DNA of 64,000 bases from Candidatus Ozemobacteraceae bacterium (GCA_035373905.1 DAOSOK010000004.1:33271-97270); one strand, 5' to 3'. Counted from the stretch's first letter, positions 1 through 9,510 are shown. Program-made: numbers and translations. Notes: generated from the letters alone by a model not told the origin.

Positions 1-758
1 TGCTGATTCTGTTGAGCCAGGGCGCGAGTTCGGGGGTTCTGCGGGAGAAGCCGACCCGCATGGCGCGCGGTATCATCGGCCTGAAGGACACGCGGCTGTG
101 CGAGATCATGATCCCGAGGCCCAGGCTCGTCGCCCTCGACGTGAGCACTCCGATAGAAAAGGCCCGGAAGCTGGTGATGGAAGGCGGGTATTCCCGCATT
201 CCCGTCTACGAGGGCCGGATCGACCAGGTGATCGGCTTCCTGTATTTCAAGGACCTGTTCCTGCGCCCTCGGCAGCCCGCGTCTCTCAGAGAACTCCTGT
301 CGCCGGCCGTCTTCTCGCCCGAGATGAAAAACGCATTCGAGCAGCTCCGGGAAATGCGCCGAGACAACTTCCACGCGGTGATCATCCTCGACGAGTTCGG
401 CTCGGTGTCTGGCCTCGTCACGCTCGAAGACCTGCTCGAGGAGGTGTTCGGCGAGATCCAGGACGAGCTCGACGAGCCCGTCACCAGCCTGAAGGCGAAT
501 AACGACGGCACGCTGACCGCCCCGGCCGATATGAGCCTCGCGGATTTCCGGAGGGAAACTGGGATAGAATTTATCGAAACCGAAGGCGCATCGACCCTGA
601 ATGGGCTTATACTGGCAACGGCGGGTCGCATTCCCCAGACCGGGGAAAAACTCGGGATCGCCCGCTGCACCTTCGAAATTCTCCAGGCCGACAGCAGGCG
701 GGTGCTGAAGGTCCGGATCGACCCGGGTGACGGAAAACGCGGAGAGAAGAAAACATGA
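1..758 (+). CDS. C-terminal part of a HlyC/CorC-family protein (CBS pair + CorC/HlyC transporter-associated domain); 5' end lies outside the window
   Basis: ORF 12..758 runs to the window edge. Tandem CBS-like segments are followed by the conserved C-terminal CorC_HlyC-like region (GTLTAP...LKVRIDP). Confidence 0.65.
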   Translation, partial: LILLSQGASSGVLREKPTRMARGIIGLKDTRLCEIMIPRPRLVALDVSTPIEKARKLVMEGGYSRIPVYEGRIDQVIGFLYFKDLFLRPRQPASLRELLSPAVFSPEMKNAFEQLREMRRDNFHAVIILDEFGSVSGLVTLEDLLEEVFGEIQDELDEPVTSLKANNDGTLTAPADMSLADFRRETGIEFIETEGASTLNGLILATAGRIPQTGEKLGIARCTFEILQADSRRVLKVRIDPGDGKRGEKKT

Positions 759-1462
759 TCGGTCACGGCAGGGATCGCTTCAAGGACGGTCTGAAGCTCG
801 TTCTCAACGGGTTGAAGACGCTCCACGACATCCTGCGGAGCTATTTTATCACGGGCGTTATATTGGTCGTTCCGGCCTTCGTGACGCTGTTCATCATCTA
901 TCAGCTGTTCATTTTCGCCGACGGCATCCTTGGAAATGCCGTGAGCGGAGCGATCGGCCTGCGGATTCCCGGCTTCGGCCTCATCGCGACGGCGCTGTTG
1001 TTCGTCGTCGCCGGCCGGATCGCTCAGAACGTGATCGGGCAGCGGGTTCTCACCTGGGTCGACCGGTCCCTCGAGTCGTTGCCGGTCGTCCGGTCGCTGT
1101 ATGTCGGCGTCAAGCAGGTTTCCGACGTCGTCCTGCAACAGCACAAGGGCGAGTTCAAGCGCGTCGTGCTTGTCGAGTATCCGAAGGAGGACAGCTGGGT
1201 CGTCGGGTTCGTGACGGGAGATTTTCCGGCGGAGGTCACCGATGGATTCAAAGGGCGGAGCATGCTGTGCGTGTTCGTTCCGACGACGCCGAATCCGACC
1301 TCGGGCTTCCTGCTGATCGTCGACCGGACGAAGATCATCGAAATGAACCTCAGCATCGAGGAGGCGATGAAACTCGTCATCTCGGGCGGCCTCGTGAAAC
1401 CAACCGCGCAGGAGACCCTCCGGCCGGCCCAAACCGACGAAGAGTTTACGATTCCCCACTGA
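755..1462 (+). CDS. DUF502-family membrane protein
   Basis: 235 aa with two N-terminal TM helices and a conserved DUF502-like core (LVEYPKEDSWVVGFVTG ... FVPTTPNPTSGF). The ATG overlaps the upstream stop (ATGA), suggesting translational coupling. Confidence 0.6.
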   Translation: MIGHGRDRFKDGLKLVLNGLKTLHDILRSYFITGVILVVPAFVTLFIIYQLFIFADGILGNAVSGAIGLRIPGFGLIATALLFVVAGRIAQNVIGQRVLTWVDRSLESLPVVRSLYVGVKQVSDVVLQQHKGEFKRVVLVEYPKEDSWVVGFVTGDFPAEVTDGFKGRSMLCVFVPTTPNPTSGFLLIVDRTKIIEMNLSIEEAMKLVISGGLVKPTAQETLRPAQTDEEFTIPH

Positions 1463-1484
1463 CGGGACGAAGGAAAAAGAGCGT

Positions 1485-3389
1485 ATGATATATATAAAGA
1501 ACCGGTCATGGCGATCCCTGGCGGCGATGCTGCCGGCGTTTCTCTGGAACCTGGCGGGAGCGCCCGTTTCGGCCCAGGGATTCGACGACATGAAACAGTA
1601 TCTCGACGTGCGCGACGCCGCTGCGGCCGTGAAGGTGGAGCTGGAACGCGCGGCGGACGGGGCTTCCGGCTCCGTCCTGCTTGCCAATCCGAAAGCCGAG
1701 CAGGAAGTGATGGACATGCTGAACTGGCTCGACGCGCGGGCGAAGGAGTTCGAGAAGCAGGCGAGTCCCCTCTCGATCTATTACAGCGATCGACTGTCGC
1801 GCATTCTGGCCGACTGTCACAGGCTGTATCCGCATTTCATCAAGCGGCGCGCCCTCGCCGCCCGGGCGGGCGTCATGCTCATGCCCCTGAGCCCGTCGAA
1901 AGGCGATCTCGAGGTCATGCAGACCCCGGCCCCCGCCCCGAACCCCGCGTCGGCGATCGCCCCCGCCGTGCATGCGCCTTCCGCGCCGATATCCCCGCAT
2001 GCGGCCGTCGCCGCTGGCGAGCCGCTGCCTGTGGCTTCCGGGCCGAGCGGCCCGAGAACAGCCGTGCTGGACGCTCCCCCGTCTCCCGAAGACGTTGTCG
2101 CCCGGCGGCGCGCGTTCTTTCACCCGATTGGGGTGCGCACCCTCCTGCCGCAGGCGACCGTCGCAGGAATCGCCGCGCAGCCCGTTCCTCCAGCTGCGGG
2201 TGTCGTGCCGGCAAGCGGCGCGGTCGCCGTCACGCCGCCGCCTGCTTCGTTTCCCGAGCTTCCGAGTCCGGTCGCGCAGGCGCCGGCCGCGTTCACCCCG
2301 CTGGAACCCTGGACCGGCGGTTCCGATCCGCAGGTGCGCGAGACGCCCGGCATGCGGCCCCTCGCGATCATGATCGAGAATCACAACCAGGCCCGCCCCC
2401 AGACCGCGATGCACGAGGCCGAGGTGGTCTACGAGATCCCGGTCGAGGGCGGCATCACCAGGTTCATGGCGCTGTATTATCACGTGCCCGAGATCGTCGG
2501 GCCGGTACGCAGTTGCCGGGAATACTTCGTGGACCGGGCGCTCGAAGTGAACGCCCTCTACGTGCATTGCGGGGGCAGTCCGAACGGCTACAAATACATC
2601 GGCGAGCAGAAGGTGTTCTCGATCGACGAGATCAGCAACGGCACGCCCTTCTTCCGCGACAATTCCCGCAAGGCCCCGCACAATCTCTACACAAAGCCGC
2701 AGAAGCTGATCGAGGTGATGAACCAGAAATACCCGATGCAGCTTCCCTATCAGAAACTGCCCCTGCCGTACGGCGAGAATCCCACGGCCGGAAACATCGC
2801 CTGCAACGGCGTTTCGATCCGGTATCACGGGAACTATACCGCTTCATATAAATTCAACCCGCGCACCGGCCGCTACGATCGGTACATGAACGGGGCGCAG
2901 CAGCTCGACCGCGTGACTCTCAAGCCGGTGTCCCCCGGGACCGTCGTCATCCAGATGGCCAACATGCGCGTCATCGACGACAAGGGGCGCCAGGAGATCA
3001 GCTTCATCGGCGAAGGCCGCGGGCTGGTGCTGTACGGCGGAACGGCGCGGCAAATCGTCTGGAAGAAGACCGCGCCGCGCGAGTTCACGCGGTTCTTCGA
3101 CGAGACCGGGAAGCCGTTCTTCTTTTCGAACAAGAGCCCCGTCTGGATCCAGGTTGTGTCACCGATCAACCGGCTCGCGTTCGATCCTCCGGTTCCCCAG
3201 AACATCATCGCCTTCCTGGGCGTTCAGCAGCCCGCAGGAAAGACAGCCGCCGCCGCGCCCGCGAATCGGACATCGACCGCGCCTGCCTCCGCGACGGCGC
3301 CGGTGACACCCCAGCCTGCGGCGCCCCCCGCCCCGGCCTCCGCATCGGCCGGTCTCCCTGCCGTTGCCAACCCGTCCGGCGCCCTCTGA
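1485..3389 (+). CDS. DUF3048-domain secreted protein with long Pro/Ala-rich linkers
   Basis: 634 aa. An N-terminal hydrophobic signal is followed by an extended low-complexity P/A/S/V linker, then a block resembling the DUF3048 N- and C-terminal domains (MIENHNQARPQ ... YYHVPEIVGPVRSCREY ... NLYTKPQ). Confidence 0.55.
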   Translation: MIYIKNRSWRSLAAMLPAFLWNLAGAPVSAQGFDDMKQYLDVRDAAAAVKVELERAADGASGSVLLANPKAEQEVMDMLNWLDARAKEFEKQASPLSIYYSDRLSRILADCHRLYPHFIKRRALAARAGVMLMPLSPSKGDLEVMQTPAPAPNPASAIAPAVHAPSAPISPHAAVAAGEPLPVASGPSGPRTAVLDAPPSPEDVVARRRAFFHPIGVRTLLPQATVAGIAAQPVPPAAGVVPASGAVAVTPPPASFPELPSPVAQAPAAFTPLEPWTGGSDPQVRETPGMRPLAIMIENHNQARPQTAMHEAEVVYEIPVEGGITRFMALYYHVPEIVGPVRSCREYFVDRALEVNALYVHCGGSPNGYKYIGEQKVFSIDEISNGTPFFRDNSRKAPHNLYTKPQKLIEVMNQKYPMQLPYQKLPLPYGENPTAGNIACNGVSIRYHGNYTASYKFNPRTGRYDRYMNGAQQLDRVTLKPVSPGTVVIQMANMRVIDDKGRQEISFIGEGRGLVLYGGTARQIVWKKTAPREFTRFFDETGKPFFFSNKSPVWIQVVSPINRLAFDPPVPQNIIAFLGVQQPAGKTAAAAPANRTSTAPASATAPVTPQPAAPPAPASASAGLPAVANPSGAL

Positions 3390-3407
3390 CCGCCGAAGGA
3401 GACGACC

Positions 3408-4322
3408 ATGAGCGAAGGAAACAAGGAAACCAGATTCGGCGCCGTCGGCGTCTTCGGCCGGGCGAACGCCGGCAAGTCGACGCTGGTGAACGCCCTCGTG
3501 GGCGAGAAAGTGTCGATCGTCTCGAAACGCCCGCAGACCACGCGGCGCAGGATCCTCGGCATCCTTACGGAAGGGGTCTCGCAGGTCGTCTTCTGCGACA
3601 CGCCGGGCCTTCACGCGATCAAAAATCGCCTCGACGCCTTCATGGCGCGCGAGATCGAGGCGACCGCCGAGGGGCTCCAGGGTGCGTTGTATCTGGTCGA
3701 TCTGACGGACATCAGCCCCGAAGAGGATGCGGCCCATCTGAAGGATCTCCTTGCCTGGCTCGGGAGCGATGTGCCGCTGTATCTGGTCCTGACGAAACTC
3801 GACGAGCGGAAAAAAGCCGATCCCGACGGCGTCGCCAAAGAATACGCGGCGTTCGCGTCGTTCGCAGGCACGTTCAGCGTATCGGCGGAAAAAGGCACCG
3901 GTCTCGGCCGGCTGAAGAAAGCCGTGTTCGACGTGCTCGTGCCGAGCCCGCACGCCTACGACGGCGAACTTTTCACGTCCCAGACCGAGCGGGAGATCGC
4001 CGAGGAGACGATCCGCGAGGTCATTCTCGAGAAGTATTATCACGAGGTTCCTCACTCGGTTGCCGTGCTGGTCGAGCAGTTCAAGGAGCGGGAGAACGGA
4101 AAGACGTTCATCGAGGCCCATCTCGTCATCGAACGGGAAAGTCACCGCAAGATCCTTCTCGGTCACGAGGGAGAAGGAATCAAGGCGATCGGTTCTCTCG
4201 CCCGCGAACGGTTGAACGGGATTCTCGGGCGTGATATTTATTTACAGCTTTGGATCAAGGTGCGCCCGAACTGGCGCAAGCAGGATGCCTGGGTCCGGAA
4301 CCTGGGTTATCGCGACCGGTGA
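3408..4322 (+). CDS. era: GTPase Era
   Basis: G1 motif GRANAGKST, G3 DTPG, (T)KLD, and a C-terminal KH domain; 304 aa, typical for Era. Confidence 0.9.
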   Translation: MSEGNKETRFGAVGVFGRANAGKSTLVNALVGEKVSIVSKRPQTTRRRILGILTEGVSQVVFCDTPGLHAIKNRLDAFMAREIEATAEGLQGALYLVDLTDISPEEDAAHLKDLLAWLGSDVPLYLVLTKLDERKKADPDGVAKEYAAFASFAGTFSVSAEKGTGLGRLKKAVFDVLVPSPHAYDGELFTSQTEREIAEETIREVILEKYYHEVPHSVAVLVEQFKERENGKTFIEAHLVIERESHRKILLGHEGEGIKAIGSLARERLNGILGRDIYLQLWIKVRPNWRKQDAWVRNLGYRDR

Positions 4323-4338
4323 CGGGAAAGGAACGCAG

Positions 4339-6021
4339 ATGAACTCGATTCTCATGGTGGTTGTCGCCGTTATCGTTATTCTGCTGGTCTTTGTCATGTT
4401 TTCCCTTGACGACCAGGAAGAGTATACGGTCGACGAGAATCCGGCCCGGCCCGAATCCGAAGACGCCGGCGCGATGAACGCCGCATCGGCGGCGGCTGGA
4501 CAGGCAGGAGGGGCGCCGAACGAACCGCCGGGCGTGTCCCGGGAGGCGGGTGTCGACGTTCCCCCGCAGGCCGTTTCGGCCGCGGCGCGACAACGCCGGT
4601 TCAAGGCGGAACAGGCCGGGGACGCACGTTCCCTGGCCGATATCGACAGCGTCCAGGTCGGCTCGGAAGAGGATCTGAGATATCGTCTCCTCCTCGATGA
4701 CCAGGTGCCGCCGCCCACCGAGGTTTCCGTGAAACAGGGCGTGGCCGTCATCGTCCAGATCCGGCTTCCGGAGGAGCTCCAGACCGACCAGGAAACCTGG
4801 GCCCAGACCTTGGCGAGCGTCGAGGCGATCCTGTCGCCCGAGAAGGCGCCGTTCCCCTACAGCGTCTACCTGACCAGTCAATTCGACCACCTGTGGCTGT
4901 TCGGCATCGACGAGGAGCGTGACGACCCGGTGTTCGAAGCGATCGTCTGCGCGTTCGATGCCGTACGTCGGTTCAAGAAGGCTCTCGAGTCCCAGCCCGC
5001 CCTCCAGGCGGCCAGAGCCAGACTCTCCGTCGGCATTTCCAGCGGAAAAATCGCCCGCATCAAGCGCGGCCCGCTCGGTCCCGTTTCCCATGCGGGAAAG
5101 GCGGTCTATACGGCCGAGGCGCTTTCCGAGGTCGCCGGCGATTTCATGATCTACGTGGATGACGACGTCCACCGCCTCGCCATTCCGCTGTTCGACTTCC
5201 GCGAGTGGAAACCGATCAAACTGCGGCCGGCGCTTCCGCCGATCCCGTTCTACGAAGTCATGGGCTGGAACAAGAAGGAAGAGATGTTCGCCTTCGCCTC
5301 GCACAAGGAATCCTACGCGCGCCGAGCCGTCGCCGTGGCGTTCCGATATCTCGAGTTCGACGATATGGGACCGCTGATCAACCTGATGAACGACGCCGAC
5401 GAGAAGGTTGTTCTCGAGACCCTCGCAACCCTCGCCGAGATCGGCGACCCCCGCGGCATGGGGATGCTCAAGAAGATCCTTCCCGAAGCCCGCGACCCGA
5501 TGGTGCGGAGCGGCATTCTCAAAGCGTTCGGCGGGATCGGCAGTTCCGAGGTGATCCCCTTGCTGAAGGCGTCGATGAAGGATGCCCACTGGCTGGTGCG
5601 CTACCAGGCGGTGCTCTCGATGGCCCGTCTCGGCGGTAGCGATGCGCTCAAGCACATCGAGGAACTGGCGAGTGACGACGACGGCGCCGTCCGGGCCGCG
5701 GTCCATCAGGTGAAATACCTGGAAACCCAGAACAAGGCCGATCTCGATGCCCTCAACGAGCTGCTGGGCGATCTTTCGGGCCGGGCGCGCAAGGCCGCCG
5801 CCGAAGCTCTGATCAAGATCGGCACCCGCGAAGCCCTCTCGATGGTCGCGCGGTCCTTCCATCAGCAGGAACCGGGCCTGTGCAGGCACATCCTCCGGCT
5901 TCTCATGGAATGCCGCTCGCAGAGCCTCTACCAGACGTTCCTCACGCTCTTCCAGCACTCGGGCGAGAAACTGCGGCCCGAAATCGTCGCGGCCGTGCGT
6001 CGCGCGCGGCTCGTGGGCTGA
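4339..6021 (+). CDS. membrane-anchored HEAT/PBS-lyase-repeat protein with a degenerate nucleotide-cyclase-like (CHD-like) middle region
   Basis: The internal ATG at 4339 has an RBS-like GGGAAAGGAACG upstream; the upstream part of ORF 4231 overlaps era. One N-terminal TM helix is followed by an acidic linker. The middle region (LSVGISSGKIARIKRGPLGPVSHAGKAVYTAEAL) resembles a class III cyclase fold without obvious catalytic residues. C-terminal HEAT-like repeats are present (DPMVRSGILKAFGGIG, WLVRYQAVLSMARLGG, DGAVRAAV). Confidence 0.5.
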   Translation: MNSILMVVVAVIVILLVFVMFSLDDQEEYTVDENPARPESEDAGAMNAASAAAGQAGGAPNEPPGVSREAGVDVPPQAVSAAARQRRFKAEQAGDARSLADIDSVQVGSEEDLRYRLLLDDQVPPPTEVSVKQGVAVIVQIRLPEELQTDQETWAQTLASVEAILSPEKAPFPYSVYLTSQFDHLWLFGIDEERDDPVFEAIVCAFDAVRRFKKALESQPALQAARARLSVGISSGKIARIKRGPLGPVSHAGKAVYTAEALSEVAGDFMIYVDDDVHRLAIPLFDFREWKPIKLRPALPPIPFYEVMGWNKKEEMFAFASHKESYARRAVAVAFRYLEFDDMGPLINLMNDADEKVVLETLATLAEIGDPRGMGMLKKILPEARDPMVRSGILKAFGGIGSSEVIPLLKASMKDAHWLVRYQAVLSMARLGGSDALKHIEELASDDDGAVRAAVHQVKYLETQNKADLDALNELLGDLSGRARKAAAEALIKIGTREALSMVARSFHQQEPGLCRHILRLLMECRSQSLYQTFLTLFQHSGEKLRPEIVAAVRRARLVG

Positions 6022-6024
6022 TTC

Positions 6025-7419
6025 ATGGCCATTGAGATTCTCGTTGTCGACGATGAGGACATGATCCGGTGGACCCTCCGGGAGTCCCTGGAAGCCGAGG
6101 GCTACAAGATTTTCGATTTCCCGAACGGCCGGGATTTCATCCGCTACTTCTCTGAAAAAGGCGGAGATATTATATTGCTTGATGTTCGATTGCCGGACGC
6201 GAACGGCCTCGATCTCCTGCTGGAAATCAAGCAGCTCGATCCGAACGTTCCCGTCGTCGTGATGACGGCGTTCGGCGACGTCGAGACGGCCGTGACCGCG
6301 ATGAAACGCGGGGCATACGATTATCTCTCCAAGCCCTACAACCTGGCGGAAGTGAATCTTCTCATCAGGAAGATCGTCGAGACGTCGCTGCTGAAAAATC
6401 AGCTGCAGTACATTCGCGAGCGTGTCGAAAACAACTTCGCGCAGATTCTCGGCGACAACCTGAAAATCAAGCAGCTGCGCGACCACATCGCGATGGCGGC
6501 CCAGAGCGACCGGACGACGGTGCTGATCCGGGGCGAGTCCGGAACCGGCAAGGAGCTGGTCGCCCGCCAGATCCACCAGCAGAGCACCCGGGCCGGCCAG
6601 CCTTTCATCGACGTGAACGCCGCCGCCGTTACAGGCACCCTGCTCGAATCCGAGTTGTTCGGTCACGAAAAAGGCGCGTTCACAGACGCCCAGCGGCAGA
6701 AAAAAGGCTTCTTCGAGCTGGCCGACAGGGGAACCCTCTTCCTCGACGAGATCGGCGATCTCGATCCGAATCTGCAGGCCAAGCTGCTGCGCGTCCTCCA
6801 GGAAAAACGCTTCCGGCGCGTTGGCGGCTCGACCGACATCTCGGTCGATGTCCGCATCATCGCCGCCACCAACGCCGATCTCGAGCGGGCCATGGAAGAC
6901 GGTCGCCTGCGCCGCGACCTGTTCTACCGGCTGAACGTCTTCACCGTCTTCCTGCCTCCCCTTCGGGAACGCCAGGACGACATCCTGCTGCTCGCCCGCG
7001 CATTTCTCGACCAGTTCCGCCGCGAATTTTCGAAGGATATCTCCGGCTTTTCACCGGAGGCCTGCGAGATCCTTCAGAAATACGCGTTCCCGGGCAACGT
7101 GCGCGAGTTGAAGAACATCATCGAGCGTGCGACCCTTCTCGAAACGACGAACAAGATCAGACCCGTCAGCCTTCCCGAGGAAATGCGGAGCTGGCGTGGG
7201 CCCGCCATGACCCAGGCGCCTGTGTTGCCGTCCGACCGGCCCTGGAAAACCCCCGGGTTCAATCTCAAGGAATACGTGGATTCCGTTGAGAAACGGATCG
7301 TGCAGGACGTGATCAGGGAGTGCGAAGGCAAAAAAGGTGAGGCGGCCAAACTCCTCGGCTTGACCAGGTTCGCCCTGCGACACCAGTTGAAAAAGCACGG
7401 TCTCGATGAAGAGGGCTGA
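6025..7419 (+). CDS. sigma54-dependent response regulator (NtrC/Fis family): receiver + AAA+ sigma54-interaction + HTH
   Basis: A receiver domain (DDE..D..K pattern, LLDVRLPDANG) is followed by Walker A GESGTGKE, the sigma54-contact GAFTDA motif, GTLFLDEIGDL, and a C-terminal Fis-type HTH. Confidence 0.9.
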   Translation: MAIEILVVDDEDMIRWTLRESLEAEGYKIFDFPNGRDFIRYFSEKGGDIILLDVRLPDANGLDLLLEIKQLDPNVPVVVMTAFGDVETAVTAMKRGAYDYLSKPYNLAEVNLLIRKIVETSLLKNQLQYIRERVENNFAQILGDNLKIKQLRDHIAMAAQSDRTTVLIRGESGTGKELVARQIHQQSTRAGQPFIDVNAAAVTGTLLESELFGHEKGAFTDAQRQKKGFFELADRGTLFLDEIGDLDPNLQAKLLRVLQEKRFRRVGGSTDISVDVRIIAATNADLERAMEDGRLRRDLFYRLNVFTVFLPPLRERQDDILLLARAFLDQFRREFSKDISGFSPEACEILQKYAFPGNVRELKNIIERATLLETTNKIRPVSLPEEMRSWRGPAMTQAPVLPSDRPWKTPGFNLKEYVDSVEKRIVQDVIRECEGKKGEAAKLLGLTRFALRHQLKKHGLDEEG

Positions 7420-7501
7420 AAACGCATTGAATCGCGATGGGCGCAAGGCCGCTCCTCTGTATGCGGCGTTCCGGGATGGTACGTTTTCCGGAAAGAGGAT
7501 G

Positions 7502-7575
7502 TGTGAAAAAAACACGAGAGAGGAGGGATGTGAAAAAAATACACGTATCCGGCGTGAAAAAGATTGTACATCACG
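7502..7575 (+). promoter_or_regulatory. three tandem GTG-(A-rich)-CAC inverted-repeat motifs, candidate enhancer (UAS) sites for the adjacent sigma54 activator
   Basis: tGTGaaaaaaaCACg at 7502-7516, tGTGaaaaaaataCACg at 7529-7545, and cGTGaaaaagattgtacatCACg at 7553-7575. They lie 10-85 bp upstream of the -24 element. Confidence 0.4.
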
Positions 7576-7585
7576 TATTCCAAAC

Positions 7586-7603
7586 TTGGCATGAATCCTG
7601 CTT
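7586..7603 (+). promoter_or_regulatory. sigma54 (-24/-12) promoter
   Basis: tTGGCATgaatccTGCTt has GG and GC separated by exactly 10 nt, matching TGGCAC-N5-TTGCA. It lies about 40 nt upstream of the 7644 start. Confidence 0.55.
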
Positions 7604-7643
7604 GAACAAAGACAGCAATCGAGCCTACGCAGGAGAAAAAAAG

Positions 7644-8093
7644 ATGATATCGGAACTGCTCCAGGAAAACTTCATCAATCTCGATCTCGACGCCGGTTCC
7701 AAGAACGATGCGATCGCGAGCCTCTCGACGATGCTTTCGTCATCGGGCAAGGTCGTAGATAGCACCTCCTTCGTTCGGGCCGTTCTCGACCGCGAGAAGC
7801 TCGGAAGTACCGCGATCGGTTCCGGGATCGCCATTCCTCACGCCCGTGCCAACACGGTCAACGAAGTGTCCATCGCTTTTGCCCGCTGTGGAAAAGGCGT
7901 CGACTTCAACTCCGTAGACGGTGACCCCGTTCATCTGATCTTCCTGCTTGCCGCACCCATCGAGTCCGGCAGCCTGTATCTCAAACTTCTGGCGCGCATC
8001 TCTCGCCTTCTTCGCTACCAGGATCTCATCGAAGAACTGAAGAAGGCTCAGACGAAAGAAGACGTCATCCGCATCATCGCGTCGAAGGAATGA
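7644..8093 (+). CDS. ptsN: PTS EIIA type-2 domain protein (PtsN / EIIA-Ntr-like regulator)
   Basis: The internal ATG at 7644 is preceded by AGGAGAAAAAAAG. The EIIA-2 fold carries an active-site His in GSGIAIPHAR. The upstream part of ORF 7437 covers the promoter region and is rejected. Confidence 0.75.
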   Translation: MISELLQENFINLDLDAGSKNDAIASLSTMLSSSGKVVDSTSFVRAVLDREKLGSTAIGSGIAIPHARANTVNEVSIAFARCGKGVDFNSVDGDPVHLIFLLAAPIESGSLYLKLLARISRLLRYQDLIEELKKAQTKEDVIRIIASKE

Positions 8094-8587
8094 TCCGGCG
8101 AAGCCGGAGGGGTACGGGTATGACGCTCGTTCAGGCATACGAAGCCGGCGAAAGCAGCACGGTCAGCATGTCCCCGGAGGGCCTGTCTGTTCACATGCGC
8201 ATCCCTGCCGAACGGATGTACATGGCGAACGCGGTGCTGACGCTTCGCGAAATCTGCGACCATCTCTGCCTTTCCCCAGAACGCACCAACCGGGTCGTTC
8301 TGGTACTCGAAGAGGCGCTGATGAACTCGATCGAGCATGCCTACAACGGTGACGGCGGCTTCATCGATCTGCAGTTTTCGATCGAGGGTCCGGAATTCGT
8401 GATTGTCGTCGAAGACTTCGGCAACGGTATGGTCCATGACGTCGACATCGATTCGCTCGAGGCTTCCGATCTGCTGTTCGAGCGCGGGCGCGGACTGTGC
8501 ATCATGAAAGGCATCTCCGACAGGGCCGTCGTCCAGTCGAGTTCCCGCGGCACGCGGGCCACGATGCTTTTTCAGCTCCACAACTGA
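8090..8587 (+). CDS. anti-sigma regulatory factor / Ser-Thr kinase-like GHKL ATPase (HATPase_c_2, RsbW/SpoIIAB-like)
   Basis: About 165 aa with N-box-like EALMNSIEHAY and G-box-like motifs (EDFGNGM, GRGL). The ATG overlaps the ptsN-like stop (ATGA). Confidence 0.6.
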   Translation: MIRRSRRGTGMTLVQAYEAGESSTVSMSPEGLSVHMRIPAERMYMANAVLTLREICDHLCLSPERTNRVVLVLEEALMNSIEHAYNGDGGFIDLQFSIEGPEFVIVVEDFGNGMVHDVDIDSLEASDLLFERGRGLCIMKGISDRAVVQSSSRGTRATMLFQLHN

Positions 8588-8596
8588 GAGGAAGAA

Positions 8597-9066
8597 TGAC
8601 CACAGACAACATCAGGGAACGAACCTTCGTTCTTATCAAGCCTGACGGCATCCAGCGCGGCAAAGCGGGAGAGATCATCTCCCGCTTTGAGTCTAAAGGG
8701 CTGAAAATCGTCGGCATGAAAATGGTTCGCATCACCGGCGAACAGGCCGAGCGCCAGTATGCCTGCCACAAGGGAAAGGCGTTCTACGAGTCGCTCGTCG
8801 CCTTCATGCTTTCCGGGCCGTGCCTGGCGCTTGTGCTCGAAGGCCGAAACGCCATCGATATTGTCCGCAAGCTGATGGGAGCGACCAATCCGCTCGCGGC
8901 CGAACCCGGCACCATCCGGGGCGATATGGCCCTGGACACCAAGCACAACCTCGTCCACGGTTCCGATTCGCAGGCCAGTGTCGACCTCGAAACGCCGATC
9001 TACTTCGCGCCGAGCGAACTCTTCGAATACGATCTCGCGACCAGGGACTGGCTGTATTACACCTGA
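8597..9066 (+). CDS. ndk: nucleoside diphosphate kinase
   Basis: ERTFVLIKPDG, the NxxHGSD active-site His motif (NLVHGSDS), and 156 aa; RBS GAGGAAG before the ATG at 8597. Confidence 0.9.
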
Positions 9067-9093
9067 ATCCGCCCTGACAATCTGATCCACCAC

Positions 9094-9128
9094 GCGGGAG
9101 GGGCTGACCTGCCTCTCCCGTTTTTTCT
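9094..9128 (+). terminator. rho-independent terminator after ndk
   Basis: A GC-rich stem (gcgggaggggctgacctgcctctcccg) is followed by TTTTTTCTT. Confidence 0.5.
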
Positions 9129-9510
9129 TCCCCGAGCGCTTTACGAAGCGCCCGAAAATGCGTTTTTTCCTCCGTGTCTGGTATGTGTGTTTCACTTTGA
9201 GAACCAATCCGCAGATGACGCTGATGAAGCAGATTTCGCAGATGAAACCCTGAAAACCTTCTTGCCCCGGCGTTTCCCATCCCTGGCGAAAAAAAGCTCG
9301 CTTCAGACGTTCGCTCTTATCTGCTCTTCATCAGGTTTTACATCTGCCCTCCATCTATGGGTACATTCCTGAAAACCTCGTTTTTACAACGGAGTGTCTC
9401 CATGACTCTGTGATTCGTTGTTGTTTCAACATACCGGGCATGAGGGGAAACTCATGCGCTCGTTCTGGTAGGGCCTTGCATTGAAGGCGGCGATCAGGCA
9501 TCATGCGGAC

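Noticed and set aside
206-3389. Long overlapping ORFs 206..1717(-), 1506..2828(-) and 1508..2851(+)
   Set aside because: They overlap the CorC, DUF502 and DUF3048 genes in other frames/strands, have Arg/Gly/Pro-rich composition, and show no domain signatures.
7437-7643. Upstream extension of the PtsN-like ORF (start at 7437)
   Set aside because: It would translate through the sigma54 promoter and enhancer-like repeats; the internal ATG at 7644 has a strong RBS and begins the conserved EIIA domain.
9187-9372. 61-aa ORF in the ndk-downstream intergenic region
   Set aside because: It has no RBS and no conservation signal, and it overlaps a solo copy of the CGCAGATGA repeat motif; it is treated as non-coding.
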